A stretch of DNA of 64,000 nucleotides from Gnetum montanum (Eukaryota; Plantae; Gnetophyta), in NCBI GenBank assembly GCA_015680685.1, contig MNCI01000456.1:433325-497324 (forward strand), read 5' to 3'. Position numbers and translations under genes: made by a program. Position 1 is the stretch's first letter. Each line of letters begins with the position of its first letter. The notes under the pieces are model-generated. The model was not told the origin of the DNA. It saw only the letters and a program-made list of their open reading frames with translations, and ran no database searches. Shown here one piece after another: positions 1-13,412 of the stretch.

Positions 1-674
1 CCATGATGGTGTCTGCTTCCTTCTCTTCGGTGGTCATGGCCTCGTTCACGGTTACAATCAAAATGTCCATCTTTGCCATGTGTTTGTGTTCCTTTTTCAA
101 ACCATTTGTGTCTAACGATACCAAAATCTGGGTTATGAATAGTTGAGTGAAGATTTTAATACACCACCCTTTGACCGAAGTCAACAAGAGGAACATCATT
201 GTGTGGGAGACTTCCTGAGGTAGGTTCACCACCCTCATTTTCATCTATGACATATAGGACATTCTGAGACAACTTCCCCTTCATGGATTCATAACATCTC
301 TCCTGTTGTAGTTCCCTTTAACGTTGTGCCTCCGTGGGTCGATACTCTCTTGAGTCATGATCATGCACAACGTACTCTGCCTATAAGTGTTGCATACCAA
401 TTCATGTGAGATCACAAAGGAGCATGCTTGGGACTGAGCAATCAAGAGGTAACACTATGTTACCTTCTAAATCACACCAACGTAGTTATTCATCTTGGTC
501 GAGGATAAAGGTAAAGTTTGGTATATACTCATTGAGATGAACGTATACCACACGAAATTGTTGGGGAACTAGTGGATTATCATGTGTACTATGCCTCCGA
601 TTGTTCCCTATATTGGACCTAGGTGGTGAAACACTCTCGTAAGAAGAAGGAGACATAATTATCTATTCAGTGTG
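1..674 (-). mobile_element. Athila-like element E, internal 5'/gag region (degenerate); continues at 41064 after insertion of D
   Basis: Homologous to D internal 39990-40395 (e.g. ttaacgttgtgcctccgtggg vs ttaacgttgcacttctatggg). Joining 674 to 41064 restores the sequence seen uninterrupted in D at 40381-40520. Confidence 0.75.
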
Positions 675-1502
675 TGATGAGTGGCGAGGTACCCCTACAC
701 TCAACCATACGAATACGAGCGTTACACGCGCAATCCGGTCGAACTCCACAGACTAAGTGCCTACACGCCTTATGGAACACCTAAGATTAATCAATCATTG
801 TCCTCCCAAGCTTACTTGTATTTGTCATGGTTGTATGGTTAAGAAAGCTTAAGGCATGTGATTTTTATATCTTTTATGTTTTTATTACCTATGCTAAGAG
901 GGAAAAGGGTGAAGAGACTAAGTAACTAAATTTAACTAACTAAGCCTTAATCATCCTAGCATCAGTATCCATTCCCACTTGTCATTTCACACCCTAAACC
1001 AATGCAATACTATTGGGATTACCAAATGCTATTCGTTACTAGGAATACCAAGCATAACGCATGTGCTCGAAGCGGTCGTACTGAATGCACTTAACTATGA
1101 GAGTTGAGGGTTGAGAGAGATTAAGTCCTTAAGAAAGCATTTAAATAATTAATAATAATTAAATTCCTATTTAGCTTAGTCCATGCATTGCAAGGTTTAT
1201 CCAAAATTTCATCTTTATTGCCATACACAATTGTGTGCTTTGGTACAAAATTACTCAAATAAAGATCTATTCACTTTGGGACTCCTACTGTGGGCACATG
1301 GAAATTATTCTAACTCCTAACTCTGGAATGGAAAAATGGTAATATTTTGGCTAAGTTCTAGATCTCGATGGAGAAACAAGGGAGAGCTACCTCTTATTTA
1401 TAGAACTGATGCCAGGCTGTGATATTGCGTACGCGATATCGCAGGGAAGGACATGATATCACGTATGTGATATCATGGCCCATGCAATATCGCATCCCAT
1501 AA
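675..1502 (-). repeat. 3' LTR of D
   Basis: Starts tgatgagtggcgagg and ends cccataa (degenerate ..catca); near-identical to 40522-41058; TATA-like tatttatag near 1396. Confidence 0.8.
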
Positions 1503-3550
1503 TACCCCCATGACTATATAAAAACTTGTCCTCATGTTCCTTACATAATATTGGGAAGGTATGGGATTATTGACTTAAATGGAACTAATGGTGAATGGGA
1601 TGACATGTGAATAGATCATCATTACAAAACATGATAAAACTGGTGTTCACGACAACAAGAGTGAACACTTTATACATTTGACATTAGGCCTTATTTGGTA
1701 GCTGAGAGAGAAGAGAGAAGAGAGAAGAAGTCTGCTGCTACCAATGCCAAGATTACACCTTTCATTGTNTGGAGATATAATATCGATGACTACCGAAGGT
1801 GCAAGGGCTAGGAGAAAATCAAAAAAATTGGGTTAGGACCCCCATGACTAGGAGCGAACCTCCAGTAGCGATAGAATGGAAAAAGAAAAGGAATAAGGAA
1901 GATGGGAAAAAAGAGACAACTGTAATGTTGATGAAATTGATGTCAAGATGGAAATGAACAAAATAGAGTTGATTGCAAAAATGTTAAAGGAAAGAATTTA
2001 ACTGGTGCACCAAATAGGAATGCCAATGTGTCCTCCCCAAAGCAAGCTCATGCCCTTAATGCCCTAACAAACCCACATTCAAAGAGTTCATAGGCTCTGG
2101 GAATGTCATTTGAAACAAGAGTTAAAGTCTTAAGCATAAGAATTTACCACAATGAAAATGATGCGTCAACCAAAATATACACTAATGATACAACTGGTAA
2201 TGAGGTGAATAATGGAGAGAGAATGATGGAAAGAAGAGAATGGAATGGAGTCTCAAGAACAAGGTGGTGTACAACCCCTTGTGTATTTAATGATTAATGT
2301 GACTTAGTAGATCCCATTCCAAGTTCGGCCTCAAACAAACCACATCCAGTGACTTCGCATTAATGCATTCATCCAATCCATCCACTTGAAGTAATAGGAA
2401 TGCATCCCTCAAAGAGCTACCACCATTCCAACGAAACATGGGAGGAAAAAGTAGGAGGCGAGGAAGGGCCTTGGTTAGAGGGAACATGTTTTTAGTTCCA
2501 TACCCAGTGCTTGTAGCCCAGATGATTATTTTGTCTAAGGGGTATGCTTTGAATCCCTCATTTTTTTTGGTGTTTTTACATGAGAACCACATCATGCAAA
2601 GACTTATGATTTTTATTTACTCAACTTCCTAATAATATGGCAATCGTCGAAATGTTAAGAAAACTCAAGAAGAAAACATCCAACCACCCAAGAGAATGCC
2701 CACCACAAAAGCATCAAGTTCCCTTGAAGTCATACCCTTTTCAATCCTTGAGTCCTTCCTTAGTTTGAGAAATGCCCAATCACCGATTCGTTAATAGTTC
2801 TTATTATTTTGAAGAAAGGGACTATACAATTCTAAGCCAAGAGAGACCAAAAATTTTTATGGATGCATGGATGATGTGGATTGATTGCCTGCTATATCAA
2901 AAGAACCATACCTTAGTATCAACATCGTAACTTAAAGGTAAAATCCAAACATTAGCAAGAAATAGAAAATAGTTCATACCATCATTAAGAGCACTTATTG
3001 GGTGACAACTTAACAAAATGGATAAGACACACACACACACACACAAATAAGAGAAAAAGTATAAACGATGTTGTAAAACAAAAATAAGAAAAGTTAAAGA
3101 AATTTGTAAAACAAAAATATGTAAAACAAAAGCTTAAAAGAATTGAGGGCCTCAATTGATTAGCATAGGTGGCCATCTCCCCCATAACTGAATTGGAAGG
3201 GAGAGATCCAAAATAATGAGTGCTTATTTGAATTTTTTAGAAGTGTCTACCTTCTCCCAATTGATGTTTTTAGATTAAGGATTAGAAGTTGGCGATGCTT
3301 ATATTCCAATGTATCTATGCTTTCGTTGTGGTTGCAAGTTGTTCCCCCAGTTAGTTTCATGCATATTGGTGGGTTGCTCTCTTGATTAGCTATCAACCAC
3401 TAGGTGTTCTCTTATTATGTGGTTGCTACATATAGGCACTTTTGTATGTTAACTTCCTAAGCATACTAGTTGCATGCAGGAGATGCTGAGCATTCCTATA
3501 TGTCATCACCCTCCGTATTATTGTATGTGATGCATGGAACTTTCTTCTTC

Positions 3551-4005
3551 TCAATCTTTCCATAAANCATTGTATGTGATGCATGGAACTTTCTTCTTCT
3601 CAATCTTTCCATAAATATTTTCCTTAGATATTTCCAAGGAAAGATCGCGAATTCCTAGACATGCATTTATGGTACTTAGCCATGCCCTCCCCATTATAAT
3701 TGGGAATTCCCCTTTATTATTGTTGACTTCTATCACTAAGAAATCAACTGGGTATGACCAACCACACATAGTGGCAACAATGTCCTCCACAAGTCCCAAA
3801 GGGACAATGATGGACTGGTTAGCCAGCTCTAATTGAATATTTCTCTTCTTGAGTGGAGGCAGGTTCTAGGCTTTATACATTTTTTGCGATATTAGGTTGA
3901 CTCCAGAACCTGAGTCAAGAAGAGCCTTACATGGTTCCTTCCCAGTGACTTGGACATAGATTAAGGGACTTCCAAGATCAGAGAATTTCCTAGGAAGGTG
4001 GCCTA
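3551..4005 (-). pseudogene. Aspartic protease of D (Athila type)
   Basis: Translation LPRKFSDLGSPLIYVQV...KALLDSGSGVNL...LELANQSIIVPLGLVEDIV...YPVDFLVIE...PIIMGRAWLSTINA, with an internal stop. Confidence 0.85.
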
Positions 4006-4126
4006 CCTTGATCCAGTTAGTAACGGTATGTGTTAACATAACTGTGTGCGTTGACCTCTATTGTTGGTTTGAAGGGAACTCTGGAGCCTTACTTGATGGA
4101 GGAGTGGTCATAAACTCAACCAATTG

Positions 4127-4834
4127 TCATTGTGAGAGCTTGTTTAGACTGTTGGTTCTAAAGAAAGGTCTTCTCTTTATACGGTTGTTAGAACCAGTAG
4201 TGGGTTGAAGGTTTACAGCTCTCGTAGCATTATGTTGTTGTGGTTGAGTGGGGAGTTCCCCTTGCATCGTTAGAGCGAGTGGTAGTGGAACTATCGGCGT
4301 AAGAGATGCAGATGGATTCGGAGGATGGTATGCATGTGGTGTATCTCTCCCAAGAGAAGGAGTCTTAAAATACTCCCAAACTTGGTAGTGGCATTGTTGG
4401 GTTACGTGACCCATAGAGTCACTTGGAGAAACCGACTGCTGCACGTAATAGCCATATAGGTCTGGTTGTCGGTAAGGGTATTATACTCTAGGCGGTGGCA
4501 TCCCCCATGACTGTGCATAGTGCCATTGCTGGTGTTACTCAATAGGTTGTGGCAGAGTTCCACTTGGATAATATGTTAAGGATTGGTGGAACTACCTTGG
4601 GTTACCTTGGGGATAAGGTAACCTTCGAGGTTCTTGCCATTTGTTAAGTCTTGGGTTGAGTGCATACACCCCGAAATCTTACACATGTGAGATTATTGGG
4701 CAACATCCCTTAGGATGGTCATATTGGCAGATATCACATCCACTGTCATTGTCCATATCAAAGTCCACAACCTCATTGGTGATAGTCATTTTTCCCTTAC
4801 CCTTGTTACGTGCATGATCTGAATCTCTCTTCTT
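4127..4834 (-). pseudogene. gag C-terminal region of D with zinc knuckle
   Basis: CDICQYDHPKGCC (C-x2-C-x3-H-x4-C) at about 4700-4740, followed by a Pro/Gln-rich linker to the protease. Confidence 0.6.
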
Positions 4835-5560
4835 NNNNNNNNNNNNNNNNNNNNNNNNNNNNNNNNNNNNNNNNNNNNNNNNNNNNNNNNNNNNNNNNNN
4901 NNNNNNNNNNNNNNNNNNNNNNNNNNNNNNNNNNNNNNNNNNNNNNNNNNNNNNNNNNNNNNNNNNNNNNNNNNNNNNNNNNNNNNNNNNNNNNNNNNNN
5001 NNNNNNNNNNNNNNNNNNNNNNNNNNNNNNNNNNNNNNNNNNNNNNNNNNNNNNNNNNNNNNNNNNNNNNNNNNNNNNNNNNNNNNNNNNNNNNNNNNNN
5101 NNNNNNNNNNNNNNNNNNNNNNNNNNNNNNNNNNNNNNNNNNNNNNNNNNNNNNNNNNNNNNNNNNNNNNNNNNNNNNNNNNNNNNNNNNNNNNNNNNNN
5201 NNNNNNNNNNNNNNNNNNNNNNNNNNNNNNNNNNNNNNNNNNNNNNNNNNNNNNNNNNNNNNNNNNNNNNNNNNNNNNNNNNNNNNNNNNNNNNNNNNNN
5301 NNNNNNNNNNNNNNNNNNNNNNNNNNNNNNNNNNNNNNNNNNNNNNNNNNNNNNNNNNNNNNNNNNNNNNNNNNNNNNNNNNNNNNNNNNNNNNNNNNNN
5401 NNNNNNNNNNNNNNNNNNNNNNNNNNNNNNNNNNNNNNNNNNNNNNNNNNNNNNNNNNNNNNNNNNNNNNNNNNNNNNNNNNNNNNNNNNNNNNNNNNNN
5501 NNNNNNNNNNNNNNNNNNNNNNNNNNNNNNNNNNNNNNNNNNNNNNNNNNNNNNNNNNNN
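4835..5560. other. Assembly gap (N run)
   Basis: Run of n characters. Confidence 1.
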
Positions 5561-5736
5561 AGAATGCCCTCGTCCTTGCTCTCAACTCTCTCATCAAGGT
5601 CTCTCATTTTACTTATCCTTACCCTTATCTTCATGGTTGGGCTCTTAGTGATTGCGTCTGGATGTGGAAGGAGAGGGTGAATGGTGCAATGAAGGGGAAG
5701 AGGAAGGAGAACCATCACCATGATGATGTTTCCTAC

Positions 5737-7049
5737 TATAATGACAAAAAATGTTGGTTGTTGGAAAGACTAAGAGGATTTCTGTGTACACAGTTTCAAC
5801 CCCGGATCCATGTGAGGGTCTTGCTAGAGAAAACGAATCCAAGGTGCCCTGAATGGTCTTGTCAATCAGACAGGGACTTACTTGGTCAGTAAATTTGTTA
5901 ACGATCATGTAACAAGATGACGATTTAATATGAGAACATAATACCAACTAACGAGAAAATGAGATCTACTCCAAGATTAGATCTTGAAGGCAATGAAAAC
6001 AATGTAAACTATGCAAAATGACTATAAAAATCAATGTAAATAGGATGCAATGAATTGAATTTAGAAAATGCACAATCCCAAGATCTGGGATCTGTCTTAT
6101 GGAAAAATATGATAAATACAATGGGATTTGCAAGAAAACTCCAGTTTGGATGAAGTATCTACCACCAATAAGAAGCTATTTAGAGATTAAACAAGCAAAA
6201 GGCCAATCTACCTTGTTCACTAGCCAATCTAGGCACAAGGGAGTTAGGCTCGAAGTAAAATGTTTGCTAAGTTGCAATTTCTGGCCAAAAGGCTTTTCTC
6301 TATCACCATCGATGCTCTTGCCAACTTTCGTCAATTGCCTAAAATTTTTTTCAACCTCTTTTTTTTTGTTGCCAACTCTTTTTTTTTCGCCAACCCTTTG
6401 AGCATTGTCCACTAGGGTATTTATAGGATTAGGGTTAGGAGAAGAACGTGGTTTAGATGACGTGTGTCCTGGGCCTACAGAATGTCATTGACTTGGCGTG
6501 CTACAGCTGAAGTTTGTGACGCTATGCTATGCTACACTCTGAAGCGTAGCATAGCGTAACCACCCTTTAAAGAAATAGCGTAACCACCCTTTTAAAAAAA
6601 ATTTAACCTTATCTTTCACGTTGAAGGATTTCAAAATATTTGGTGAAAAAAGAATAAATTGTCCTGCGCCTACACTGCGATATGCTGGGAAGCATATTGA
6701 CTGCTACTATTTCAATTTTGTTATCCTTGTTGTTACGACTATATCAACTGTGCTGCTTGCATAACATGGCGTAATACACAAAAATTTAAGGTTTTGAAAC
6801 ATGGTTAACTTGCAAAGTTGAAGTGTTGTCGCTGTGCATCCTTTGTTCTGTTCTATCCTCTTGAAGTCTGCTATGCTGAGCTGCGTAGCGTAGCGTAGTA
6901 GGCCCTTAGCCAAAAAAACTTGCTAAGATGTGCAACTATTTTTAGTGCTTCCATCACTCATATGTCTTGATGCTGCACTTGTGGAAAGCCTTGCCTAAAC
7001 TTCAAGACTTTGCTGAATCATCGAAGTCTCGAAATTTCACGGTGTTTCA
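5737..7049 (-). repeat. 3' LTR of A
   Basis: Direct repeat of 38388-39733; starts TGAAACAC on the minus strand after a purine-rich tract (7050-7065); TATA ctataaatacc near 6417-6427. Confidence 0.92.
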
Positions 7050-8289
7050 ATGGTACTTCTTTGTTGACGTTTGGAGGGCTTGCCCGAGAGATGTCGATGA
7101 AGAATTTGAAATACCACAGAGGTAAAGAAACCAACTCCGTTCGTCTACTGCTGCTCAGATGTTGCCTTGTCAACCCTAGAAATGCGAAGGTTGGGAGCGT
7201 AAGAAGCAGAAGAGGGATTTTACAAGTGTGAGGGAGAGAAGTTCGGGGAAGACTCAAGTGTGAGCAGGATACCTCACAAACATGTTATTAGATAACTTCT
7301 TGCTAGTGTTTTTCATGAGAGGTTACGCTATTACACTGTATATGTGTGGCTTGCTTGGGCGAGTTGTGTTACGCCCATATGGCCTGGACGAGTTGCGTTT
7401 CATCCATTTTGCTTGGCTTTTCCTGCTTCTTCTTCTTCTTCTTCTTTTGAGCTGCGTTACATCTATATAGGATCTTAACCTGCCTACAAACGCATTCCAT
7501 GAGGCGAGTTGCATTACACCAGTTCATGGACATGACAGTTATCATGTGCGAAAGGCTCCCTGTACGTTTACATCTTGTACAAATGGGAGGAGAAAGTAAG
7601 GGTAGTTGCAAGGATAAGAGAGGGAAAAAGTAAGGTAAGGTGTTTGGAGGGGAAAGGTAGGGTCTACACTCCCAAGTAGTTAGGCTAGTCTGAGCAGCTA
7701 CCTCGGAACGCTGTGATGCCTTGCCCTTCTAGTGAATACATCTTTGAACAACGTTATTGTAGCAAGTAACTTGCAAAATGCAACAAAGTGCAAAGAACAA
7801 AAGCAACTGTCCTAACCGCTAGGGAGGCTATTGAAATAAGTGTTGTCCGAAGTGGAAAGGGGAGTGTGGGCCATGGAAAGGGGACCACAGCAAAAAAGAC
7901 AAGGGTCCTTTTGTTGACACCACAGCTCAGGAATTCGCAGTCAACAGCTAGGTCCATCTTATCCATCTAATTGGGCAAAGAGCCAGTCAGATGAATCTGA
8001 GAAGCCAAACCCTAACGACGGCGGTGGCTGGAGGCAACCAAGGCTATGGATGACCATAGTTTCCTTGGAGCTCCAATTGGCGATGCTGACCTCAGGAGTT
8101 GCAATTGCTAAGCAACTGTTGTGATGGTAGCTCCGAGGGGTCAATAGTATGCCCTTCGACATATCTGAGAAATCAGTAAAATGTTGGGGGTAGCGGTGTT
8201 GCGTCTGTTCCAATGCCCTACCCATTCTATCTGATGGGGATGTCATGTAAAAATGGTCAGGCCTACTTGTTCCATGGATGGTTTGTTGG

Positions 8290-8700
8290 CAGATCCCAAT
8301 TTTAGGTCATGGTAGACCGTCATTACTAGTTTTAAGTCCCAATGGACCATGGTCCCAGTTTAAAGTCTAGGCAGATTGAAGTGTGCTAGTTTTATGTCGT
8401 AGCGGACGGTGGAAGAGCTAGTTTATGGTCCTAGAAGACCGTGCTGTGGGTGTCAGTTTTGTGTGGTGAGCCAAGGAGAAGTCTATGCTGGTTTAACATC
8501 TCAGCAGACAGATGCTTACCTTGCTAATTTTACGTTGTGGTAGATGGTTGAAAGCCTTGCCAATTTAATGTCATGGCAGACGCATGCAAAAAATGCAAGT
8601 TTTACACCATAGCAAACATATACAACACTGCTAGTTTTACGTCGTAGCGGACATTTGTTATAGCACTAGTTTTACGTTGTATCGGACAATTGTTACCTTG
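8290..8700 (-). repeat. Degenerate tandem array (ctagttttacgtcgtagcggac-like unit) downstream of A integrase
   Basis: About 10 recurrences of (ct)agttt(t)a..gtc at roughly 32-40 bp spacing. Confidence 0.75.
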
Positions 8701-8720
8701 TGTTCTAGCCAAGATGACGT

Positions 8721-11700
8721 CTAAATGTGGTACTGCTTCAGATACATATAATTCACTGGGTTTGCAAGCTTGTTGTCATTAATGTCTGCTAGCCTGAATG
8801 CTCTATTATCATATGTGTTGACCACCAGGAAAGGGCCTTCCCATCTTACAGAGAATTTGCTCACTGGTTCACGAACAACTTTAAGGACCAAGTCTCCTTT
8901 CTTGATCGTTTGCTGATGCAGGTTGCGATGATGCTTCTGCCTTTGCCTGTCTTGATATTTTTCGATGTAGTTAGGTGTTTAGATGTGATTCTCCTCCATT
9001 GAGTCTAGATCCACGATCCTGGACTCATTGTGTTGAGTCTCATTTATAACCATGGAGAGGACCATCCGTAGTGAGGGAACCTGTAGTTCAAGGGGAAACA
9101 CTACTTCAGATCCGTAGACTAGGCTGTATGGTATCCTACTCGTAGTTGTTCTGCATGTCGTATGATAGGCCCATAGCACGTAGAGGATTTTCTCATGCCA
9201 TCGTTTCTTGCTGTTGCCAAGCATCTTTTTCAGTAAATTGATAACCACCTTGTTTGTTGTTTCCGCTTGACCATTTGCTTGCAGGTAATATGGTGAGGAA
9301 AAATATTGCTTAATACCATGGTTATTGCAGAAAGATTTGGTTTCGGTACTACTAAATTATGGTCCACTGTCAATCATAATAGTTATGGGAAGCCCAAACC
9401 TTGTTACTATGTTGTCCAAGATAAAATGGCAAACTTGTTGAGATGTAGTCTTTTGTAGAGGAATAGCCTTGACCCATTTTGTGAAGTACTCAATGGCAGT
9501 GATAATGAAACTATATCTTGCAAAATACTTAGGCTTGATGGGACCTATGATGTCTAGCTCCCATCGTTGGAATGGCCAAGAGATCTTTGTGGTATGCAAC
9601 TCAATTAGTGACAAGTGTATTAGATTTGCATAATGCTAGCATGTATCACATGTCTTAACTTTGGTAACGTAATCTCATTCCATGTATGGCTAGTAATACC
9701 CTAAGCGTCTGATTTTAGTGGCCATGGCTCGCAGGGCTATGTGTCCTCCACATAGTCCCTCATGGACTTCGCTAACTATCCTTTGCGCTTGGTCATTATT
9801 AACGTAGGTTAACAATACCCCATCAAAGGAGAGCCTACATAGATTGCTGTCTCAAATGATGACGTATTGCTTGGCATGCTTGCGAATTATGTCCTTTTGT
9901 GTAGATGTCAACCTATGCAGTGGTTCACCACGTAAAAGGTAGGTTTTAATGTTGTCGTACCATTCTGGCGTTCCTTCTGCACCTAAAGAAGAGATTTGCA
10001 TCGCTTGGATGACAGGATCTATACATTCCATCATTAAAGCAGGCAAGGTGATGAAAAAATGTGGTGGCACGTTTAAAGCTAGCGTAACTAGTGCATCAAC
10101 TACGGTGTTCTCACTACGGGGCACGTGTTGGACGTCAGTCGTTGTAAATTATTTCAGAAGGTCTTTAGCCATATCTCAATAGGGTTGCAAATGCACGGCT
10201 TTGCAAGCATAGACTTTTGTGATCTGATTGACAATGAGCATTGAATCGCCTCAGATTATCAGTTGTTGAACGTTCAGTTCTCTGGCTGCTAATAGTCCCT
10301 TAAGGAGCCCCTCGTAATCTGCCACATTGTTCATATAGGAAAATGCCAAGCGGTAAGCCAATGGGCGAACATCCTCAGGGGAAAGCGTGATGACGGTGGC
10401 GGCACTACCGCCTTTGGTAATCGAAGCTCCATCAAAGTGTAATGTCACTTTGAGGCCTGTTGATATAGGGCTTAAACTATGTACATGTTTGTTTGGAAAT
10501 TCAAGCTCTATCATCACCTGATCGTTAACAGGTGATGCTACAAGTTGGTCGGCTATCGCTCGGCCTTTTGTTAAAGATTGGCCAACGTAGTGTAAGTCAA
10601 ATTCTACTATGATGGCTTTCCATCGGGCTCTTACTGCTCTTGTATAAATTATTCGTGATGGCCCATAAAATGTTGTTCTTGAAAATTATGTTAACCTGGT
10701 TGAGAAAAAGATAGTTTTTACATTTCTTGAGCATGAAAACCACTGTCAAGCAATTATGCTCTACTTTATTGTACCTCGTTTTGTATGCAAATAGAGCACG
10801 ACTTAAATAATAGATGGGGATTTTTGACCCATCGTATCTCTTTTGACACAACAACACAGTTATGGACATATTTGTACTTGCCAGGTAGATGTAGAAGGGT
10901 TGATCCCTTTATGGTGGGAAAACCGTTGGCAAATGTAACAGCTCTTTCTTTAAGTCATCAAAAGCACGTTGATAGTCCTCGGTCCATTCAAAGTTAATCC
11001 CCTTCTTGAGTAGATGTTGCATGGGATGTAACTTATCTGTCAACTTTGAGATGAACCTTCTGATAAACTATAACCTACCTTGCAACCCATGCAGTTCTTT
11101 GAGGTTTGTAGACGGTGCCAGGTTAACGATGGTCCTAACTTTGTTAGGGTCAACTTGTATGCCAGCCTTCGATACTACAAACCCCAACATCATCTGATTT
11201 TGACTTCGAACACACATTTTCTTGGGTTGAGTCGTAGGTCGTGCCTGAGACATCGTTTAAGGATTAACTCTAAATCCTTAGGGTGATCTACTGAATTCCT
11301 AGATTTAACAACTATGTCGTTTATGTAGTCGTTCAATCTCTCTAAGAGATAATTGCTAAAGATATACGTCATGGCATGTTGATAAGTTGCTCCAACATTT
11401 TTTAGCCTGAAAGGCATCATGGTATAATAGAAAGTTCCCCAGGGATCATGAAAGTTGTAGTCAATTGATGTTCTAGGTTGATACGGATTTGATTATATCT
11501 AAAAAACCCATCCATAAAGGATAGTAAAGCGTGTCTAGCTGTTGTATCGATAAGTTGGTCGATACTCAGTAATGGGGAATTTTCTTTAATCATTACCTGT
11601 TCAAATCATGAAAGTCTATACAGATGTGTATTCCTCCCGTTTTCTTAGAAACGACAACGATGTTTGACACCCAATTTGAGTAATCAACTGCGTGGATGAA

Positions 11701-12169
11701 ACCAGCTTGATATAGCTTAGTGATTTCATCACGCACTACCAACGTAATTTCATGCTTAATCTTCCGTGCTCTCTGTCTAACCACTTCGATACATGGGTCT
11801 AACATGATGTTGTGCTGTATTAGTCATGGGTCTAAACCCAGCATGTCTTCGTACGACCATGCTAACACTGCAATGTTATCTTGGAGAACTTGAGACATAT
11901 CGTTCTACATTTGTTGGTCAAGGAGAGAACTAACCTTCAAAGTTTTTCTTTCTCCTTTGTGTGTAACCATAGAGACCTCAGTGAGGGGATCCTCAGTCAC
12001 ATCACCAGCCTCCAGGTCTAGGGCTTGGGCCAAATGTTCTAGCCAGTCTAGGGATACTTTCGAGGTTGCTATGGTTATGTCACAGGAGGAGGCGTCAGTG
12101 ATTACGCTGTGTAAAGGTTTCCCCGTATGGGCTTGTTAGGGCTAAGGGTGCAAGCAAAGCTTCATCCAT
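8721..12169 (-). pseudogene. pol: pol of A: RT, RNase H, additional archaeal-type RNase H (aRH), integrase
   Basis: Fragments WVSNIVVV..KK.GGI.ICIDF.DLN, MPFRLKNVGATYQ, LHFDGAS...NNVADYEGLL.GL, WELDIIGP, YFTKWVKAIPL, WEGPF; many stops and frameshifts. Confidence 0.93.
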
Positions 12170-13412
12170 TTGCAAACTGACCTGCAAAACCACCAAGAAA
12201 GGAAGTAGTTAAATTATTTTTGTCAGCATGGTGAAATGATACAAGGCTTTAGAGGTATGTGTTGAAAAGGCTGCTAGTTCAAGGTCTTAGCGGACCATTA
12301 CAATATACAGAGTTTGTAAGAAAACAACAAGCGATGCTTCCTAGGTGCTAGCTTAAAGTCCTCGCAAACTATGGCTAAAAGTATAACGTGGTGTGTCTAG
12401 TGTGGAAAAACAGCTAGTTTAGGGTCTTTTCAGACCATAGTTAATGCGACTACATTACGAGACGATAAGCTATGCATTAGTTTAGGATCTTTTTAGGCCA
12501 TAATTAATGCGATATCTACAAGATTAATGGTGTGATCTTTACGCTTCATGTCAAACTGACATTACTGCACTTCGAGAAGGTTCTGCGCTAATCGAGCATG
12601 AAAACAGCAAGTTTTCACCATCATGCTTATAAGTAGATGGTTTGTCCTCGAGGTAAACTGCAAGCATAGTGAAGTTGAGTTAGGCTAAAGCAGAAGGAAA
12701 GCATAAGTTGACGATTTCATAAAGGTTATTCAAGTGTAACAATGGCACCGAAGACTAAACGTAAACACGCCAAGTTGGCCAGGATCGATGAAGTATGGGA
12801 AAGTCTAGGGAAAATTTTGAAGGCGTGAGTCAAAACTCAAGAGGCTACTCCACTCGCCCAGTAAGTCGTTCTTCACCTTCCTCGTGTGATATATGTGTTG
12901 GGTCATTTTCGCTGTCATTGTTTTGTAATTTGTATTTGTTTCGAAAATGTGCACTGTGCTGGGTGTCGATACCTGCCTGTGCTAGTTACGCTATGGGAGT
13001 TTGTAATATTACCCTTATCGCCATTGTCAGAGATAGACCTTGCACTGTCGTAAGGGTTTGGGTGATCATGGGTAATGTTGTACAAACACAACACGTAACT
13101 AGTCAGGAGTCTAGGTGTTGTACCCTTGCATAGCGCAAGCGGGGTTCTATTGTCTTACCTGTAATGATCGTGTTACACTAGGGCAATATGCCATATTACC
13201 TTTATCGCCATTGTCATAGACAGACCTTGCACCATCATAAGGGTTTGGGCGGTTTTGGTAGTGCATCTCTAGCGTAACATGTGATTTTCTGGGAGTCAAG
13301 GTAGCGAGAACCTCAGTGTTGCGTAACAGATTCTTGTGAGCTTTTTTGATTTGTTTTGGTGTTGTTAGCATGTCTAAAGTATTTTCTAATGGTAATGTGT
13401 TTTATTTTAAAG

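Noticed and set aside
1685-2020. Possible Tourist-like MITE (ggccttatttgg) with a GA microsatellite
   Set aside because: No convincing second terminal inverted repeat or TSD, and the region contains an n join.
3519-3616. Exact ~48-bp tandem duplication
   Set aside because: The two copies flank a single n, which points to a contig-overlap assembly artefact.
4786-5892. Long ORFs of 263-360 aa in the ORF track
   Set aside because: They consist mostly of the N gap.
7959-8246. 95-aa ORF in the 3'UTR of A as an extra or env-like gene
   Set aside because: Short, with no recognisable motifs and no evident counterpart in B or C.
8290-8700. Repeat-spacer-like array resembling CRISPR
   Set aside because: The repeats are degenerate and irregular, there are no cas genes, and the context is a eukaryotic retrotransposon 3'UTR.
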